Below are positions 1 through 8,766 of a stretch of DNA of 64,000 nt, piece after piece. Location of the stretch: the NCBI GenBank assembly GCA_046313635.1, contig JBKBYA010000014.1:1-64000 (forward strand). Reading direction: 5' to 3'. This DNA comes from Pyrinomonadaceae bacterium (GTDB taxonomy: Bacteria > Acidobacteriota > Blastocatellia > Pyrinomonadales > Pyrinomonadaceae). The position numbers and the translations under genes are program-made. Below the pieces are notes generated by a model. The model did no database searches, was not told the DNA's origin, and was given only the letters and a program-made list of their open reading frames with translations. Positions within the stretch are counted from its first letter, which is position 1, and the number at the start of each line of letters is the position of its first letter.

Positions 1-249
1 GTTACGAAGCGTTACATCAGCGGTCGCGGTCCGCTTCAATTCCTCGATGCAACGCGCGGCCTCGTCAGGGAAACAGCCGACCGACCGCGCGATCTCCTCA
101 ACACTACCCTTTATCTGAGGCACGCCCAGGTCACGCATGATAGCTATGCACTCGATCCAAAAACCTTTTGTTTCGAGCGAGCACCTACGCAGCTCCGGCG
201 AGTTACGCCAGGCCGGAATCTCAAATTTGAACCACCAATCTTTCGCCAT
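1..249 (-). CDS. Phage replication-initiator-like protein, N-terminal part (YdaU/DUF1376-like); runs off window edge
   Basis: Manual translation from ATG at 249: MAKDWWFKFEIPAWRNSPELRRCSLETKGFWIECIAIM..., matching the WFKF..W...LRRCS...G.WI pattern of this family; not in the ORF track. Confidence 0.6.
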   Translation of the reverse strand, partial: MAKDWWFKFEIPAWRNSPELRRCSLETKGFWIECIAIMRDLGVPQIKGSVEEIARSVGCFPDEAARCIEELKRTATADVTLRN

Positions 250-280
250 TTCGTAATCGATCGCTCCAATCGGTCCCGAC

Positions 281-910
281 CTAAGCCTCTGCCCTCCTCG
301 ACGCCTCGAATTCGCTGATCAGCTGATTCAGACGTCCGACGAATTCGAAGTCTCGCGGCGAGAGGTCGAAGACGCTGCCGGCAAAAGCGATCGCGATCTC
401 GCAGCGATCACCGAGCAATATCTCGCGGAGGTGCTCGTCGCGCAGGCTGCCCTTGATCGAGGACTTAGGTGCAGACGTTTTCGCCCGCGTTTCAGCGGCC
501 AGCTCTGGAGCGGGTTCTTTGATCGGTTCTCGATCGACCTCGAAGCGCAGCTTGACGAGATTGTCGAGACCGACCTCCTCAACTGGCCGCTCGATCGGTG
601 CCGGCTCTTCCGCAATGCCGGCGATGCCCCTGCCCAGGTCGGTCAGGTACCATCGCCTCTGCTCACCCTCGTTCTGCTCGAAGCGAAACCAGCCGTGCGA
701 GAGGCCGGCCGAGAGCGTGTTGTAAACTTCCGGCGGCGAGACGTCGAGCTCGTCCGAGATTTCGGCGATCGACGTCATGCCGTGGCCTAGAGCGATCATC
801 ACGCTCAAGCTGAGCGTCGAGTGCTCGGCTTCGTTCTCGACCGTCGCTACTCCCTCGACCTCGACGGCCGCTTCCATTGTTTGCGTTGCTGTGGTTTCCA
901 ACATGATCAC
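281..910 (-). CDS. Winged-helix DNA-binding protein
   Basis: SIAEISDELDVSPPEVYNTL...WYLTDLG wHTH pattern; GGAGG upstream. Confidence 0.55.
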   Translation of the reverse strand: MIMLETTATQTMEAAVEVEGVATVENEAEHSTLSLSVMIALGHGMTSIAEISDELDVSPPEVYNTLSAGLSHGWFRFEQNEGEQRRWYLTDLGRGIAGIAEEPAPIERPVEEVGLDNLVKLRFEVDREPIKEPAPELAAETRAKTSAPKSSIKGSLRDEHLREILLGDRCEIAIAFAGSVFDLSPRDFEFVGRLNQLISEFEASRRAEA

Positions 911-1122
911 TTACCTCCTTTGGCGGCCTTCTTGGCGGTCGCGGGCTTCTCTTCTTTCTCTTTTTTGCGCGGCCAGTAAACGGTCGGCGGTTCCTCGTAC
1001 TTGCCGCAGATGCACCCGTACTCGCACTGCTCGCCGACAATGAATCCCTGTTCGGATCGCTTTGGTGTATGAACGACCTTTTTGTGGCCGCACCGACATG
1101 TGGCGTCTGTCTGTTCGGTCAT
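907..1122 (-). CDS. Small Cys/His zinc-binding hypothetical protein
   Basis: CRCGH...H and C..GCIC motifs, Lys-rich tail, overlaps with both neighbours. Confidence 0.55.
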   Translation of the reverse strand: MTEQTDATCRCGHKKVVHTPKRSEQGFIVGEQCEYGCICGKYEEPPTVYWPRKKEKEEKPATAKKAAKGGK

Positions 1123-1346
1123 GACTGGTCGTCCTCATCTGGACGGAACTGCTGGACCACGATCGTGACCGGGAGGATGTTGCTCGCCCGTTTGCCTTTG
1201 AGCCGGTCGTCGGTGAGCAGGTTGTGGACCGCGTCGCGGACGGCACGGTCGAGATTGGTCCCCTCGCCGGTCTTTGTGATGAACGCGTTGTGGGCCGGCC
1301 GCATTTGCGGGAACTTGGCCGACGCCGTGACTTTTAGTGTCGTCAT
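1119..1346 (-). CDS. Hypothetical protein
   Basis: ATG start, ATGA coupling to next gene. Confidence 0.55.
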   Translation of the reverse strand: MTTLKVTASAKFPQMRPAHNAFITKTGEGTNLDRAVRDAVHNLLTDDRLKGKRASNILPVTIVVQQFRPDEDDQS

Positions 1347-1347
1347 A

Positions 1348-1737
1348 TCAGTACAATTTCTTGCCGTCCTTCATCCGGGCGGCGACGCTGTCGGGGACGA
1401 CGACGAGGCCCTCGTCGGTGCCCTCGGCCCAGATCCGGTCGCGTTCGGCGGCGGCGGTCATATAGTCGAGACCAGAGGCCAGGACGCGATAGGTGCTGAT
1501 GACGCTCCAGACCGGCTCGGAGAGCTCCGAGGCGACGGCCGGGTCGACGCCGGCGGCGGCGTAGGACCGGTCGGCGGTGTCGACGGTCGCGAGACGCCGG
1601 CGGCTCGGCTCCTCGCTGGTGTTGAAGCGGTGCGAGCACCGGAGGCACTCGCGGCGGCGATACACGGTGCCGTCCGGACGCGGGCGGCTGTCTATGACCT
1701 TGGTCTGCAGATGCTTGCATTTGGGAAAATCACTCAT
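1348..1737 (-). CDS. NrdR-like N-terminal zinc-ribbon protein
   Basis: TKVIDSRP...YRRRECLRCSHRFNTSE matches the NrdR Zn ribbon; no ATP-cone; start re-called at ATG 1737. Confidence 0.7.
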   Translation of the reverse strand: MSDFPKCKHLQTKVIDSRPRPDGTVYRRRECLRCSHRFNTSEEPSRRRLATVDTADRSYAAAGVDPAVASELSEPVWSVISTYRVLASGLDYMTAAAERDRIWAEGTDEGLVVVPDSVAARMKDGKKLY

Positions 1738-2012
1738 TTGACGTCGAGTACCTCCCTTACGGGGCGTCCGGTGTCCTGGTCCCAGATCTTGGCGATGAGG
1801 ATGCCGACCTCGAGGTCGGCCTTGTGCTGCTCGGCGGTCTCCGGATCGACGGCACCGATGGCCGACCAATTGACCGTCGGTCTTTTCATTTTGGTCTCGG
1901 GCTCGTCAAAAAAACCGGCGGCCCACTGAATGACGGAGACGTGGCCGCGTGACCACTCTCGCTTCAGGTCGTTGGTCAAGACGGTGCCGTTGTGTAGTTT
2001 TTCGGTTCTCAT
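1734..2012 (-). CDS. Hypothetical protein
   Basis: Start re-called at MRTEKL; ATGA overlap. Confidence 0.55.
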   Translation of the reverse strand: MRTEKLHNGTVLTNDLKREWSRGHVSVIQWAAGFFDEPETKMKRPTVNWSAIGAVDPETAEQHKADLEVGILIAKIWDQDTGRPVREVLDVK

Positions 2013-2016
2013 ATGC

Positions 2017-2307
2017 TTACGATTCGAGTATCCTGGCGGCGGCCTCCGCGGCCTGTTTGCGTCGCCGGGCACGCGTGGCCCGCATGGTCAGTGCCGAACG
2101 GGTCGGCTGGCCCGGAACTTTGGTCGGCCGGCCGCCCTTGCGTCCCGCTTCGACGCGGCGACGCATCTCCTTGTCGACGATCTCCTTACCGGCGGCGAGA
2201 GCGTCGATGAGCTTTTCGCTGACGGCGAGGGTGACCGGTCGGCCGCTGCGTAGCGTAGCGACGACCTGGTCGATGGTCTTTTGAAACAGTGCGATCTCCG
2301 GTGTCAT
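2017..2307 (-). CDS. Hypothetical basic protein
   Basis: ORF in operon; GRKGGRP motif. Confidence 0.55.
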   Translation of the reverse strand: MTPEIALFQKTIDQVVATLRSGRPVTLAVSEKLIDALAAGKEIVDKEMRRRVEAGRKGGRPTKVPGQPTRSALTMRATRARRRKQAAEAAARILES

Positions 2308-2316
2308 ATCAAAACC

Positions 2317-2640
2317 TCAGTGGATGTGCTCGGGCCAGATCTCGTCGTCGTCGGCCGGCCCTTTCTTTTGACGCTCCAACGTCTCGTACATACAGCGGAG
2401 TGCGTCGACGGTCTCGATCGCACGGTCGACCTGCTCCTCGACGCTGCATTCGGGCAGCACGCCGCGACAGGCGAGCACGTCACGCATCAGCTCGGTCGCA
2501 CGCCTTACCAGGTCGTGCCGACGGTCGCGTTCCCCGCAGAACATGACGAGGTAGCCCTCGATCTCGGAGACGGCGTGGATCACACCGATGTCGAGGTGTG
2601 CCAGATCAACAGGCCCGTTGGCCTTAGTTTTATCGTTCAT
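2317..2640 (-). CDS. Hypothetical protein
   Basis: Start re-called at MNDKTK; operon context. Confidence 0.5.
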   Translation of the reverse strand: MNDKTKANGPVDLAHLDIGVIHAVSEIEGYLVMFCGERDRRHDLVRRATELMRDVLACRGVLPECSVEEQVDRAIETVDALRCMYETLERQKKGPADDDEIWPEHIH

Positions 2641-2828
2641 ACATGTGAAGCGACCAGGCCACACCGTGCCGGTCGAAAAGATGCTCGTAGAACTCGCCGC
2701 TGTCGTCGGTCACGAACCCGCACCCGCACGAGTGCTCGGGCAGGTCTGCATCGAGACAGACCGAGCAGCCGTCGCACTCGAGGAGGTTGCGGAGACAGTC
2801 GCAGTCCGGCAGACCGCAGACGCGGCAC

Positions 2829-3104
2829 TTATGCGGCTTGCTGTTCACGGACCGCCACCTCGGCGACACCGGGACAATCGGTGCCGACCGCAGCGACGCC
2901 GTCGGGCTCGTAGACGGTGATGGCCTGTATCTCGCCGACGTAGAACTTGCGGCGATGCTTCTCGGCGAGACGCCGGGCCTCGGCCTCGGCCAGCTCGCGG
3001 GAAGCGTGCAGGTACTTAAAGTCCGAACGGAACCGCTGGTTGCGGTCCAATTTGGCGGCGACGAAGAAGCGGTGGTCCTTGTTGTACGGGTAGATCTTGT
3101 TCAT
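2829..3104 (-). CDS. Hypothetical protein
   Basis: H.S...AEAEARRLA motif typical of small phage proteins. Confidence 0.55.
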   Translation of the reverse strand: MNKIYPYNKDHRFFVAAKLDRNQRFRSDFKYLHASRELAEAEARRLAEKHRRKFYVGEIQAITVYEPDGVAAVGTDCPGVAEVAVREQQAA

Positions 3105-3126
3105 AGTCGTTGCACGTGGTCAGTTG

Positions 3127-3354
3127 TCAAATGGACTCGAACTCGCTCTCGAGTGCCTGTATCCTGGCGTCCATCATCGAGAGGACGAGTGTTCGGATCG
3201 TGTTGAAGTTCTCCTCGCCGACGATCGACTTGAGATCGCGGGCGACGTCGAGGTCGAACGCATGATTCAAGTCCGCAAAGGACTTGCGGTGTCTACGCAA
3301 CTTGTCGATGCTGCCCGTGATCTCCCGGGCCTTGTTGTACTGTTCAAGTTTCAT
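3127..3354 (-). CDS. Hypothetical protein
   Basis: MKLEQYNK start just downstream of promoter at 3409-3437. Confidence 0.6.
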   Translation of the reverse strand: MKLEQYNKAREITGSIDKLRRHRKSFADLNHAFDLDVARDLKSIVGEENFNTIRTLVLSMMDARIQALESEFESI

Positions 3355-3408
3355 ACGGTGAACCTGTGTGTGCGGGCGGTAGTGACCCGCCGTGTCCGGT
3401 GAATATAA

Positions 3409-3437
3409 GTTGTAACAAAGTCTATGACAGATGTCAA
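3409..3437 (-). promoter_or_regulatory. Sigma70-type promoter with TGACA-N2-TGTCA palindrome over -35
   Basis: TTGACA-N17-TACAAC with TG extension, in an intergenic gap. Confidence 0.7.
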
Positions 3438-3475
3438 TGGCCGTTGCGACGTGCCGAAGCTGTCGCAACTTTGTG

Positions 3476-3733
3476 CTATATCGTCGTGTCCGCCTCTCGC
3501 GGGTTGTCGGTGTAGATGGTGTGAATGTGTCTGACGCTCATGTAGCACGCGTCCTCCGGATAGGACTCGCCGTGGGCGTAGGCTTCGTTCGTCGTTCCGT
3601 GAACCTGCTCGAAGGCGTAGTCGCGGATGTCCTCGAGATCGACCGGCCGTCCCATGTCGTCCTCGAATGCGTCGTCGTCGACCGCGATGGTCATCTTGAA
3701 CTTGATATCGACCTCGAATGTGCGTGTGCTCAT
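3476..3733 (-). CDS. Small acidic hypothetical protein
   Basis: ATGA coupling, Asp/Glu rich. Confidence 0.55.
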   Translation of the reverse strand: MSTRTFEVDIKFKMTIAVDDDAFEDDMGRPVDLEDIRDYAFEQVHGTTNEAYAHGESYPEDACYMSVRHIHTIYTDNPREADTTI

Positions 3734-3963
3734 GACTCGAACGTCTCCTGCAGCGGATCGAGGGCGTGCTCGATCTGGTCGGCGGCGTCGTTGATGTTGT
3801 AGGCGGCGGTGTCGGCCGCGTCGTACCGCTCGCTGTTCTGGAGATTTTCGGGCATGTTGTCGCGGTACTCCTCTTCCTCATTGGCGATCATGCGAAGCTC
3901 CTCGACCGTGTCGGAGAGCCTCGTGTGGATGTCTTTAAGACGCTTTCGTCGGTGTTTGTTCAT
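3730..3963 (-). CDS. Conserved phage coiled-coil hypothetical protein
   Basis: MNKHRRKRL...EEEEYRDNMPENLQNSER pattern recurrent in phages. Confidence 0.7.
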   Translation of the reverse strand: MNKHRRKRLKDIHTRLSDTVEELRMIANEEEEYRDNMPENLQNSERYDAADTAAYNINDAADQIEHALDPLQETFES

Positions 3964-3979
3964 AGGCAGTGGTCATCGG

Positions 3980-4270
3980 TCAGCGGACGGTTCGTCCAAA
4001 CGGGAACTCGCCGAGATCGCACCAGCGACCCGTGTCGGTGTGCCAATATCCCTCGTCGTCCGCGAACACGGGATAGGCGGTCGCGACGATCGGTCCGATG
4101 ATGTCGTCGTCCGGGTTGTCGCGTGTGATGTGGATGTCGGCGACGCCCTGGAGCTGGATCCAGGTGTCGACGCGATGGTCGTCGGGCACCATCGATGCGG
4201 CCCCGTACGCGACATCGCGGAGACGTTCGAGATCGTGTGTGGTGAACAGGTTGGTGTCGGTCATGGTCAT
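3980..4270 (-). CDS. Acidic hypothetical protein
   Basis: Operon context, codon usage. Confidence 0.55.
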   Translation of the reverse strand: MTMTDTNLFTTHDLERLRDVAYGAASMVPDDHRVDTWIQLQGVADIHITRDNPDDDIIGPIVATAYPVFADDEGYWHTDTGRWCDLGEFPFGRTVR

Positions 4271-4430
4271 GCGAACCTCTTTTTCAGGTCGTCGATCAGC
4301 ACGGTCCTCGATTCGACGCCGCCGGCGGCGTATTTGTAGTTGCTGCAGAAGACAAAGTCATCACAGTCGTAATTGAACTTGATCGAGTCATTACCGATGC
4401 GGAATGCGTGCTGTCGATATTATTTTTCAT
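4267..4430 (-). pseudogene. Possible frameshifted small gene
   Basis: ATG coupled to upstream stop and TGA coupled to downstream start lie 164 nt apart (out of frame); the distal frame has coding-like codons (RQHAFRIGND...KKRFA). Confidence 0.3.
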
Positions 4431-5101
4431 ACCCTCACTACAAATCCTGATGTGTCGTTTTTGGCCAGTGTGCCTTTTGGGTGAAGACCGACGACGACGT
4501 TCTCTGGATCGAGGAACCGCAGGTCATGCCGGTCGCCGTCGATGACCGGGTAGCCGTGCCAGGTCGGCGGCAGGACGGGATCGAAGACGACGGAGACGTT
4601 GCGGCCGGCATCGAGCACCTTGAAAGCGTCACGTTCGTTGGTCTCGCTGCGGGAGAAGGTCAGAGAGTAGTTGGGCGGGAGGTCGTCCCGCAGGATCGTC
4701 TTTGTGATCTTGGTGTAGTCATAGAACTGGATGCCGGGAAACTCCTCGGCCATGCGGATCGCCAGTGCCGGCAGATCCGACGTACCGTTGATGCGGACGG
4801 TCGGTTTGAGCCCGAGCTCGTCGGCGAGAAAGCGGAGCTCGTAGATGTCCGACCTCAGGTGTGCGAGGAACGCCTCGCGGTGGTTGAAGTACATCAGAGT
4901 GCGACGCAGTCGTGTATTCTGGACCTTGCTGAAGCGGCCCTTGCCGCTCAGGTTGAGACAGGCGGCCCGGCACCCTGCCGAGGCCTTCGGGCAGACGTTG
5001 CGGCCCGAGAGCTTGTGCGGCAAAAGGTGCAGGATGCCCGTCAGGTAGCCGAAGTTCTGTGACTTCTGGGCCTTTGGGTTATTGACGGTGAGTAGTTTCA
5101 T
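4427..5101 (-). CDS. GP88-family protein (Cys-cluster, radical-SAM-like)
   Basis: NVCPKASAGCRAACL, RINGTSD, QFYDYTK, Y.LTFS, IDGD.HDLRFLD motifs; start re-called at MKLLTV. Confidence 0.8.
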   Translation of the reverse strand: MKLLTVNNPKAQKSQNFGYLTGILHLLPHKLSGRNVCPKASAGCRAACLNLSGKGRFSKVQNTRLRRTLMYFNHREAFLAHLRSDIYELRFLADELGLKPTVRINGTSDLPALAIRMAEEFPGIQFYDYTKITKTILRDDLPPNYSLTFSRSETNERDAFKVLDAGRNVSVVFDPVLPPTWHGYPVIDGDRHDLRFLDPENVVVGLHPKGTLAKNDTSGFVVRV

Positions 5102-5649
5102 TCTCCGAAATAGAAGCACTGGGCGTACTTGATAAGCACGTCCTCGTCGACATTCTCGTCGTGGTACGGCGTCCACGGCGTGCCCCAGTCCTGGTACTGC
5201 AGCTCGGCGGTTTCGGGCTCGTTGTGCTGGTCTAGGTCTCCGATCAGACGCAGGGCCGGACCGCCGGTGGAGAGAAGGATCGAGTATTCCTCGGGCCCCA
5301 TCGTCTCTCCGGGAGTGCACCAGCCGCTGCGGACCTCGATCGAGAGCGGCGACTCCTCGATCGTTTGTCGGGCGGCGTCCTCGTCGAACTCGAAGTCGTC
5401 GATCTCTAGCGTGCCGTCCGCGAGGTTCTCGGCGACGGCGTCGCGGAGATCCTCGTCCGGCTGCTCGTCGGAGCACTCGATGTCGATGCCGGCGAGCAGC
5501 TTGATGCATCTCTCCCGCGACAGGCCGGCGGCGTAACGGCCGGCGGCCGACTCGATGTCGAGTGCGGCGACCATCTCGTCAATGGACGAGTACCACCCGG
5601 CGGCGTTCTGACGGGCGTGGTCGATCGTTTTGGTCTGTGTGTTGGTCAT
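5098..5649 (-). CDS. Highly acidic conserved phage protein
   Basis: PLSIEVRSGW...ILLSTGGPALR...YQDWGTPW; very Asp/Glu rich. Confidence 0.7.
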   Translation of the reverse strand: MTNTQTKTIDHARQNAAGWYSSIDEMVAALDIESAAGRYAAGLSRERCIKLLAGIDIECSDEQPDEDLRDAVAENLADGTLEIDDFEFDEDAARQTIEESPLSIEVRSGWCTPGETMGPEEYSILLSTGGPALRLIGDLDQHNEPETAELQYQDWGTPWTPYHDENVDEDVLIKYAQCFYFGE

Positions 5650-5687
5650 AACTGTCTTGTTGACTGTGTGAGTGGCGTCGCTGCGTG

Positions 5688-6299
5688 TTAATCGTCGTCT
5701 CCGCGTTCCTCGTTCATGCGGATCGTTTCGTCGATGCCGGCGACCGCGTCTTTGATCGGAAACTTGTGGAAGAGGGTGATCTGTTTGTAGTCGTGATGGC
5801 GATCTTTAGGGAGTTTGATCCTGGCAAACCTGCCCTTTGGACGGTCCTTGTTAAAGCCGGCGTAGACCTCGATCATCTCGTTGTCGAGATCGACGACGTA
5901 CGCCCACTCGCAGAAGAGCGAGTCGGCGGCGAACTCGACCTCGAGCTGGAGGTCGCGGGCCCCGTTCATGACGAGATCGAGGATCTCTCCGCCGGCGTCG
6001 CGATCAAGCTCGGGATAGACCTTTCTGAATTTATCGGCGTCGTCCATCAATACCAAACCACTCTCCGGGATCGGTTTACCGACGACCCGTTCCCAGCGGG
6101 CCTTGTGCTCTTTCGGAGTGATCCGGCGGCACTCGCGGACGGCCGCACGGAACTCATCGAGCCGTCCGTCGTCGTAGATCTTTTGCATGAACTCGGCTAT
6201 CGTTTTACCCTGACCCTCTGGATAGTGGTCCCACTGGCCGTACTGTGCCACTTTGAACTCGCCGTCGACGACGACGCATGTAAGTCCTCGTGTACCCAT
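5688..6299 (-). CDS. Conserved phage hypothetical protein
   Basis: MGTRG...QYGQWDHYPEGQG...CEWAYVVDLD pattern. Confidence 0.75.
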   Translation of the reverse strand: MGTRGLTCVVVDGEFKVAQYGQWDHYPEGQGKTIAEFMQKIYDDGRLDEFRAAVRECRRITPKEHKARWERVVGKPIPESGLVLMDDADKFRKVYPELDRDAGGEILDLVMNGARDLQLEVEFAADSLFCEWAYVVDLDNEMIEVYAGFNKDRPKGRFARIKLPKDRHHDYKQITLFHKFPIKDAVAGIDETIRMNEERGDDD

Positions 6300-6351
6300 A
6301 GTTTTTGTCGGTTGCGTGTTTGGTCGGTTGTTGGTTGTTTTGCTGACGGCC

Positions 6352-6759
6352 CTACTTCTCCGGCAGCGGGAGCGGGTTGCCGTGCCGATCGTGCGGACAG
6401 AGGTCCCAGATCAGCGAGTAGTCCCGGAGGACGAGCTCCCGGCACTTCTCGGGCAGCTCCTCGAATGGGATCCGCGTACCGAGGTGGCATTTGCGGCCCA
6501 TCGCCGGCGGCCAGCCGCTGTTGTCGGTGACGTCGACGGGACGGAACTGCGTCTCGCCGTAGATGCCGACGCCCTGCGGGTGGAACGGGTTCTCGCTCAT
6601 CGCCCGGTAGTGGAACCAGCCGTCGAACGACTTTTTGGCATAGACGACCGTGTAGCGGTCGCCGGTCTCGCCGCCGTTGTCGTAGCAGCGGACGTAAAAA
6701 GGAACGCCGCCGGGAAGGAATCGTTCGCGGCGGTCGAGATAGTATTTGCGTCGGTGCAT
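6352..6759 (-). CDS. Conserved phage hypothetical protein
   Basis: YDNGGETGDRYTVV...MS..PFHPQG...HLG..I.FE.LP pattern. Confidence 0.65.
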   Translation of the reverse strand: MHRRKYYLDRRERFLPGGVPFYVRCYDNGGETGDRYTVVYAKKSFDGWFHYRAMSENPFHPQGVGIYGETQFRPVDVTDNSGWPPAMGRKCHLGTRIPFEELPEKCRELVLRDYSLIWDLCPHDRHGNPLPLPEK

Positions 6760-6770
6760 ATGGTCGGTGG

Positions 6771-7004
6771 TCAGTCGAGTTGGTTTCCGTCCTCGTCGAA
6801 GCACGGGCAGTCGTAGACGTCGCTCGGCTTGTACCGAGGCCCGTCGTCGATATTTCGGCGAACGATCCTTACCGAGAGTGCGTGGTCACCGTCCACTAAA
6901 TAGTCGCGTAGCATCTCAGCGGCGTCTGTGACATCATTCACCTGGGTCGTGACCTCGAACTCGTCGTGGTCGCGGACCGGCATGTGGAACGTGAATTTAT
7001 ACAT
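6771..7004 (-). CDS. Hypothetical protein
   Basis: 5' end duplicated at 7306-7356. Confidence 0.55.
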   Translation of the reverse strand: MYKFTFHMPVRDHDEFEVTTQVNDVTDAAEMLRDYLVDGDHALSVRIVRRNIDDGPRYKPSDVYDCPCFDEDGNQLD

Positions 7005-7356
7005 TTTGTTAGTCGATATAACCGGCGGCCTTGAGAAGCCGCTGTTGTGTCTTGCGGTCGGTGTTGCGGAAGAGGGAACTCGGCGGCGTCGCCATCGCCT
7101 TGAACCACCGCAACGCCCCGCGGAACGTGTCGAACTGAGCGGTCATGCGGAGTCTGCCGCCGCGGCCGACGTACTCGGCGACGTAGCGGTAGGTCTTGCT
7201 CTCGTCGCAGGCCAGAGCGGCGATGGTGCCGTGCCGGTGCTCGTACCGCCACGCGACCTCGTAGCCGTACAGTCTCTCGGTCATTCCTCGATCTCCTCGA
7301 TGTCGGTGACCTCGAACTCGTCGTGGTCGCGGACCGGCATGTGAAATGTGAATTTA
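6949..7356. repeat. 51-bp direct repeat (6949-6999 and 7306-7356, 2 mismatches)
   Basis: GTGACCTCGAACTCGTCGTGGTCGCGGACCGGCATGTG identical in both copies. Confidence 0.9.
7009..7284 (-). CDS. Hypothetical protein
   Basis: Lies between the two repeat copies. Confidence 0.55.
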   Translation of the reverse strand: MTERLYGYEVAWRYEHRHGTIAALACDESKTYRYVAEYVGRGGRLRMTAQFDTFRGALRWFKAMATPPSSLFRNTDRKTQQRLLKAAGYID

Positions 7357-7361
7357 GGCAT
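7281..7361 (-). CDS. 26-aa mosaic mini-ORF
   Basis: MPKFTFHMPVRDHDEFEVTDIEEIEE, ATGA-coupled to next gene. Confidence 0.45.
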   Translation of the reverse strand: MPKFTFHMPVRDHDEFEVTDIEEIEE

Positions 7362-7369
7362 TGGTTTTG

Positions 7370-8005
7370 TCAGAGGCTGAGTCGAGCTTCGCTGTCACGG
7401 GCTAGACGGTTGGACCATCCGTATTCCCGTTCGTTCGTTTCGTCGTTATCGCCGGCGAGTTCGCTCAAGGTGCGACTGCCACCCTCGACGAACAACGCGG
7501 CCAGATCGCCGCGTTGGTGTACCACATTCAATATTCGATCGATGATCTTGAGCTTGCGTTCACACGTTCGAGCCTGAAGCAGGTCGAGAAGGTGGGACTG
7601 CAGCGGTTGGAGGCCGTAGTCACTCAGTTCGTCGTGGACGTGGTGCCACCAGAACTTTTCCCACTGTTCCTCGCTCCACGTCTTTTCCAGCATGTCAAGT
7701 AAATATTGTTTAGGGTTGGTGATATCGTGACCGCATAGAAGCGTGTTGATAAAAAGCCGGGAAATGTTGTGCAGAAGTATGGTCTGCATATCCCAGATGC
7801 CGCGATAATCGGTGACAACTCCAGTCGACACAAAGTTGTTCCAGAGCTTTAACAACTTGTCGCGTTTGATCAGACGCCGCCATGGCTGACGCTGATCTGG
7901 AGCCCGTTCGAAGTCAGCCACGATCTCGCACATAGCGTCGGTCTCAGCCTCGCTGACCACACACAACGCGTCGTCGAGATTCTCGTAAAAGAATTTTTCT
8001 TTCAT
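7370..8005 (-). CDS. Hypothetical protein, lower-GC cassette
   Basis: 211 aa; SDYGL.PL...LNVVHQRGDLAALFVEGG; more AT-rich than neighbours. Confidence 0.7.
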   Translation of the reverse strand: MKEKFFYENLDDALCVVSEAETDAMCEIVADFERAPDQRQPWRRLIKRDKLLKLWNNFVSTGVVTDYRGIWDMQTILLHNISRLFINTLLCGHDITNPKQYLLDMLEKTWSEEQWEKFWWHHVHDELSDYGLQPLQSHLLDLLQARTCERKLKIIDRILNVVHQRGDLAALFVEGGSRTLSELAGDNDETNEREYGWSNRLARDSEARLSL

Positions 8006-8190
8006 TACTCGTCAATCTCCTCGACCTCGGTGACCTCGGCGGACTCGGTTTCGTTTTCGTCGATGTAGGTGTCGACCTCGCCGAACTCCTCTTCGGCCTT
8101 TTCCCAGGCCTCGGAATCATCGGCGGCGTCGATCTGGTGTTTTTCGGTGATAACGACGGTGCGTTTGACGGTGACTTCGAATTTAGGCAT
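8005..8190 (-). CDS. Small acidic DpnD/PcfM-like protein
   Basis: KFEVTV......IDA.D..EA.EKA pattern. Confidence 0.55.
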   Translation of the reverse strand: MPKFEVTVKRTVVITEKHQIDAADDSEAWEKAEEEFGEVDTYIDENETESAEVTEVEEIDE

Positions 8191-8416
8191 CGGTTGTTAT
8201 GAGCCTCCAGTAATAAGTCTCGGGAGAGAACATCGGTTTGCCGGCCTCATCGAACTCGCCGAAATCGTCGTTCAGATCGTTAACGATGTCGTGGAGCAGG
8301 CGGACCGGGTCGGTGTCTTTGCGAAGCGTCAGCCAGTGACGGTCGTGCGGATCGAATCGGTCGAACACATCCGCGACTTCCGGGTCGCGGTATTGGATCT
8401 CGTAAATTTTAGGCAT
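8183..8416 (-). CDS. Hypothetical protein
   Basis: Start re-called at MPKIYE. Confidence 0.55.
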   Translation of the reverse strand: MPKIYEIQYRDPEVADVFDRFDPHDRHWLTLRKDTDPVRLLHDIVNDLNDDFGEFDEAGKPMFSPETYYWRLITTDA

Positions 8417-8591
8417 CTTTGATCTCCTCGGCATCGTCCTCGTCGCTGAGTCGCTCGACGTGCTCGTAAGTGACGGTGTCGCGGTCGACCCAGTAACTTT
8501 TTTCGATCGCGTCCTCTCGGCTACCAGCCGTGACGGTCACCGAGTAGCCTCGGACCTCACGCCAGGTAACGCGGTATTTCTTATTGGTCAT
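8409..8591 (-). CDS. Small DpnD/PcfM-like protein
   Basis: KYRVTW......VTA.SREDAIEK pattern. Confidence 0.5.
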   Translation of the reverse strand: MTNKKYRVTWREVRGYSVTVTAGSREDAIEKSYWVDRDTVTYEHVERLSDEDDAEEIKDA

Positions 8592-8766
8592 CGTCCTCGT
8601 CCTCGTCGGCGGTTGTGAATCTTGTGCCGAAGTCGATCCCATCGCCGAGGTCCTCATCGGTGCAAACGACCCGGCGACCGTCGAGACGCGTCACAAAGAT
8701 GGTCAAGTCTCCGTCCGCGTCGACGCCGGCTTCGATGTCATACGGTCCCACTTCAAATATCGGCAT
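8581..8766 (-). CDS. Small acidic hypothetical protein
   Basis: Operon overlap. Confidence 0.5.
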   Translation of the reverse strand: MPIFEVGPYDIEAGVDADGDLTIFVTRLDGRRVVCTDEDLGDGIDFGTRFTTADEDEDDDQ

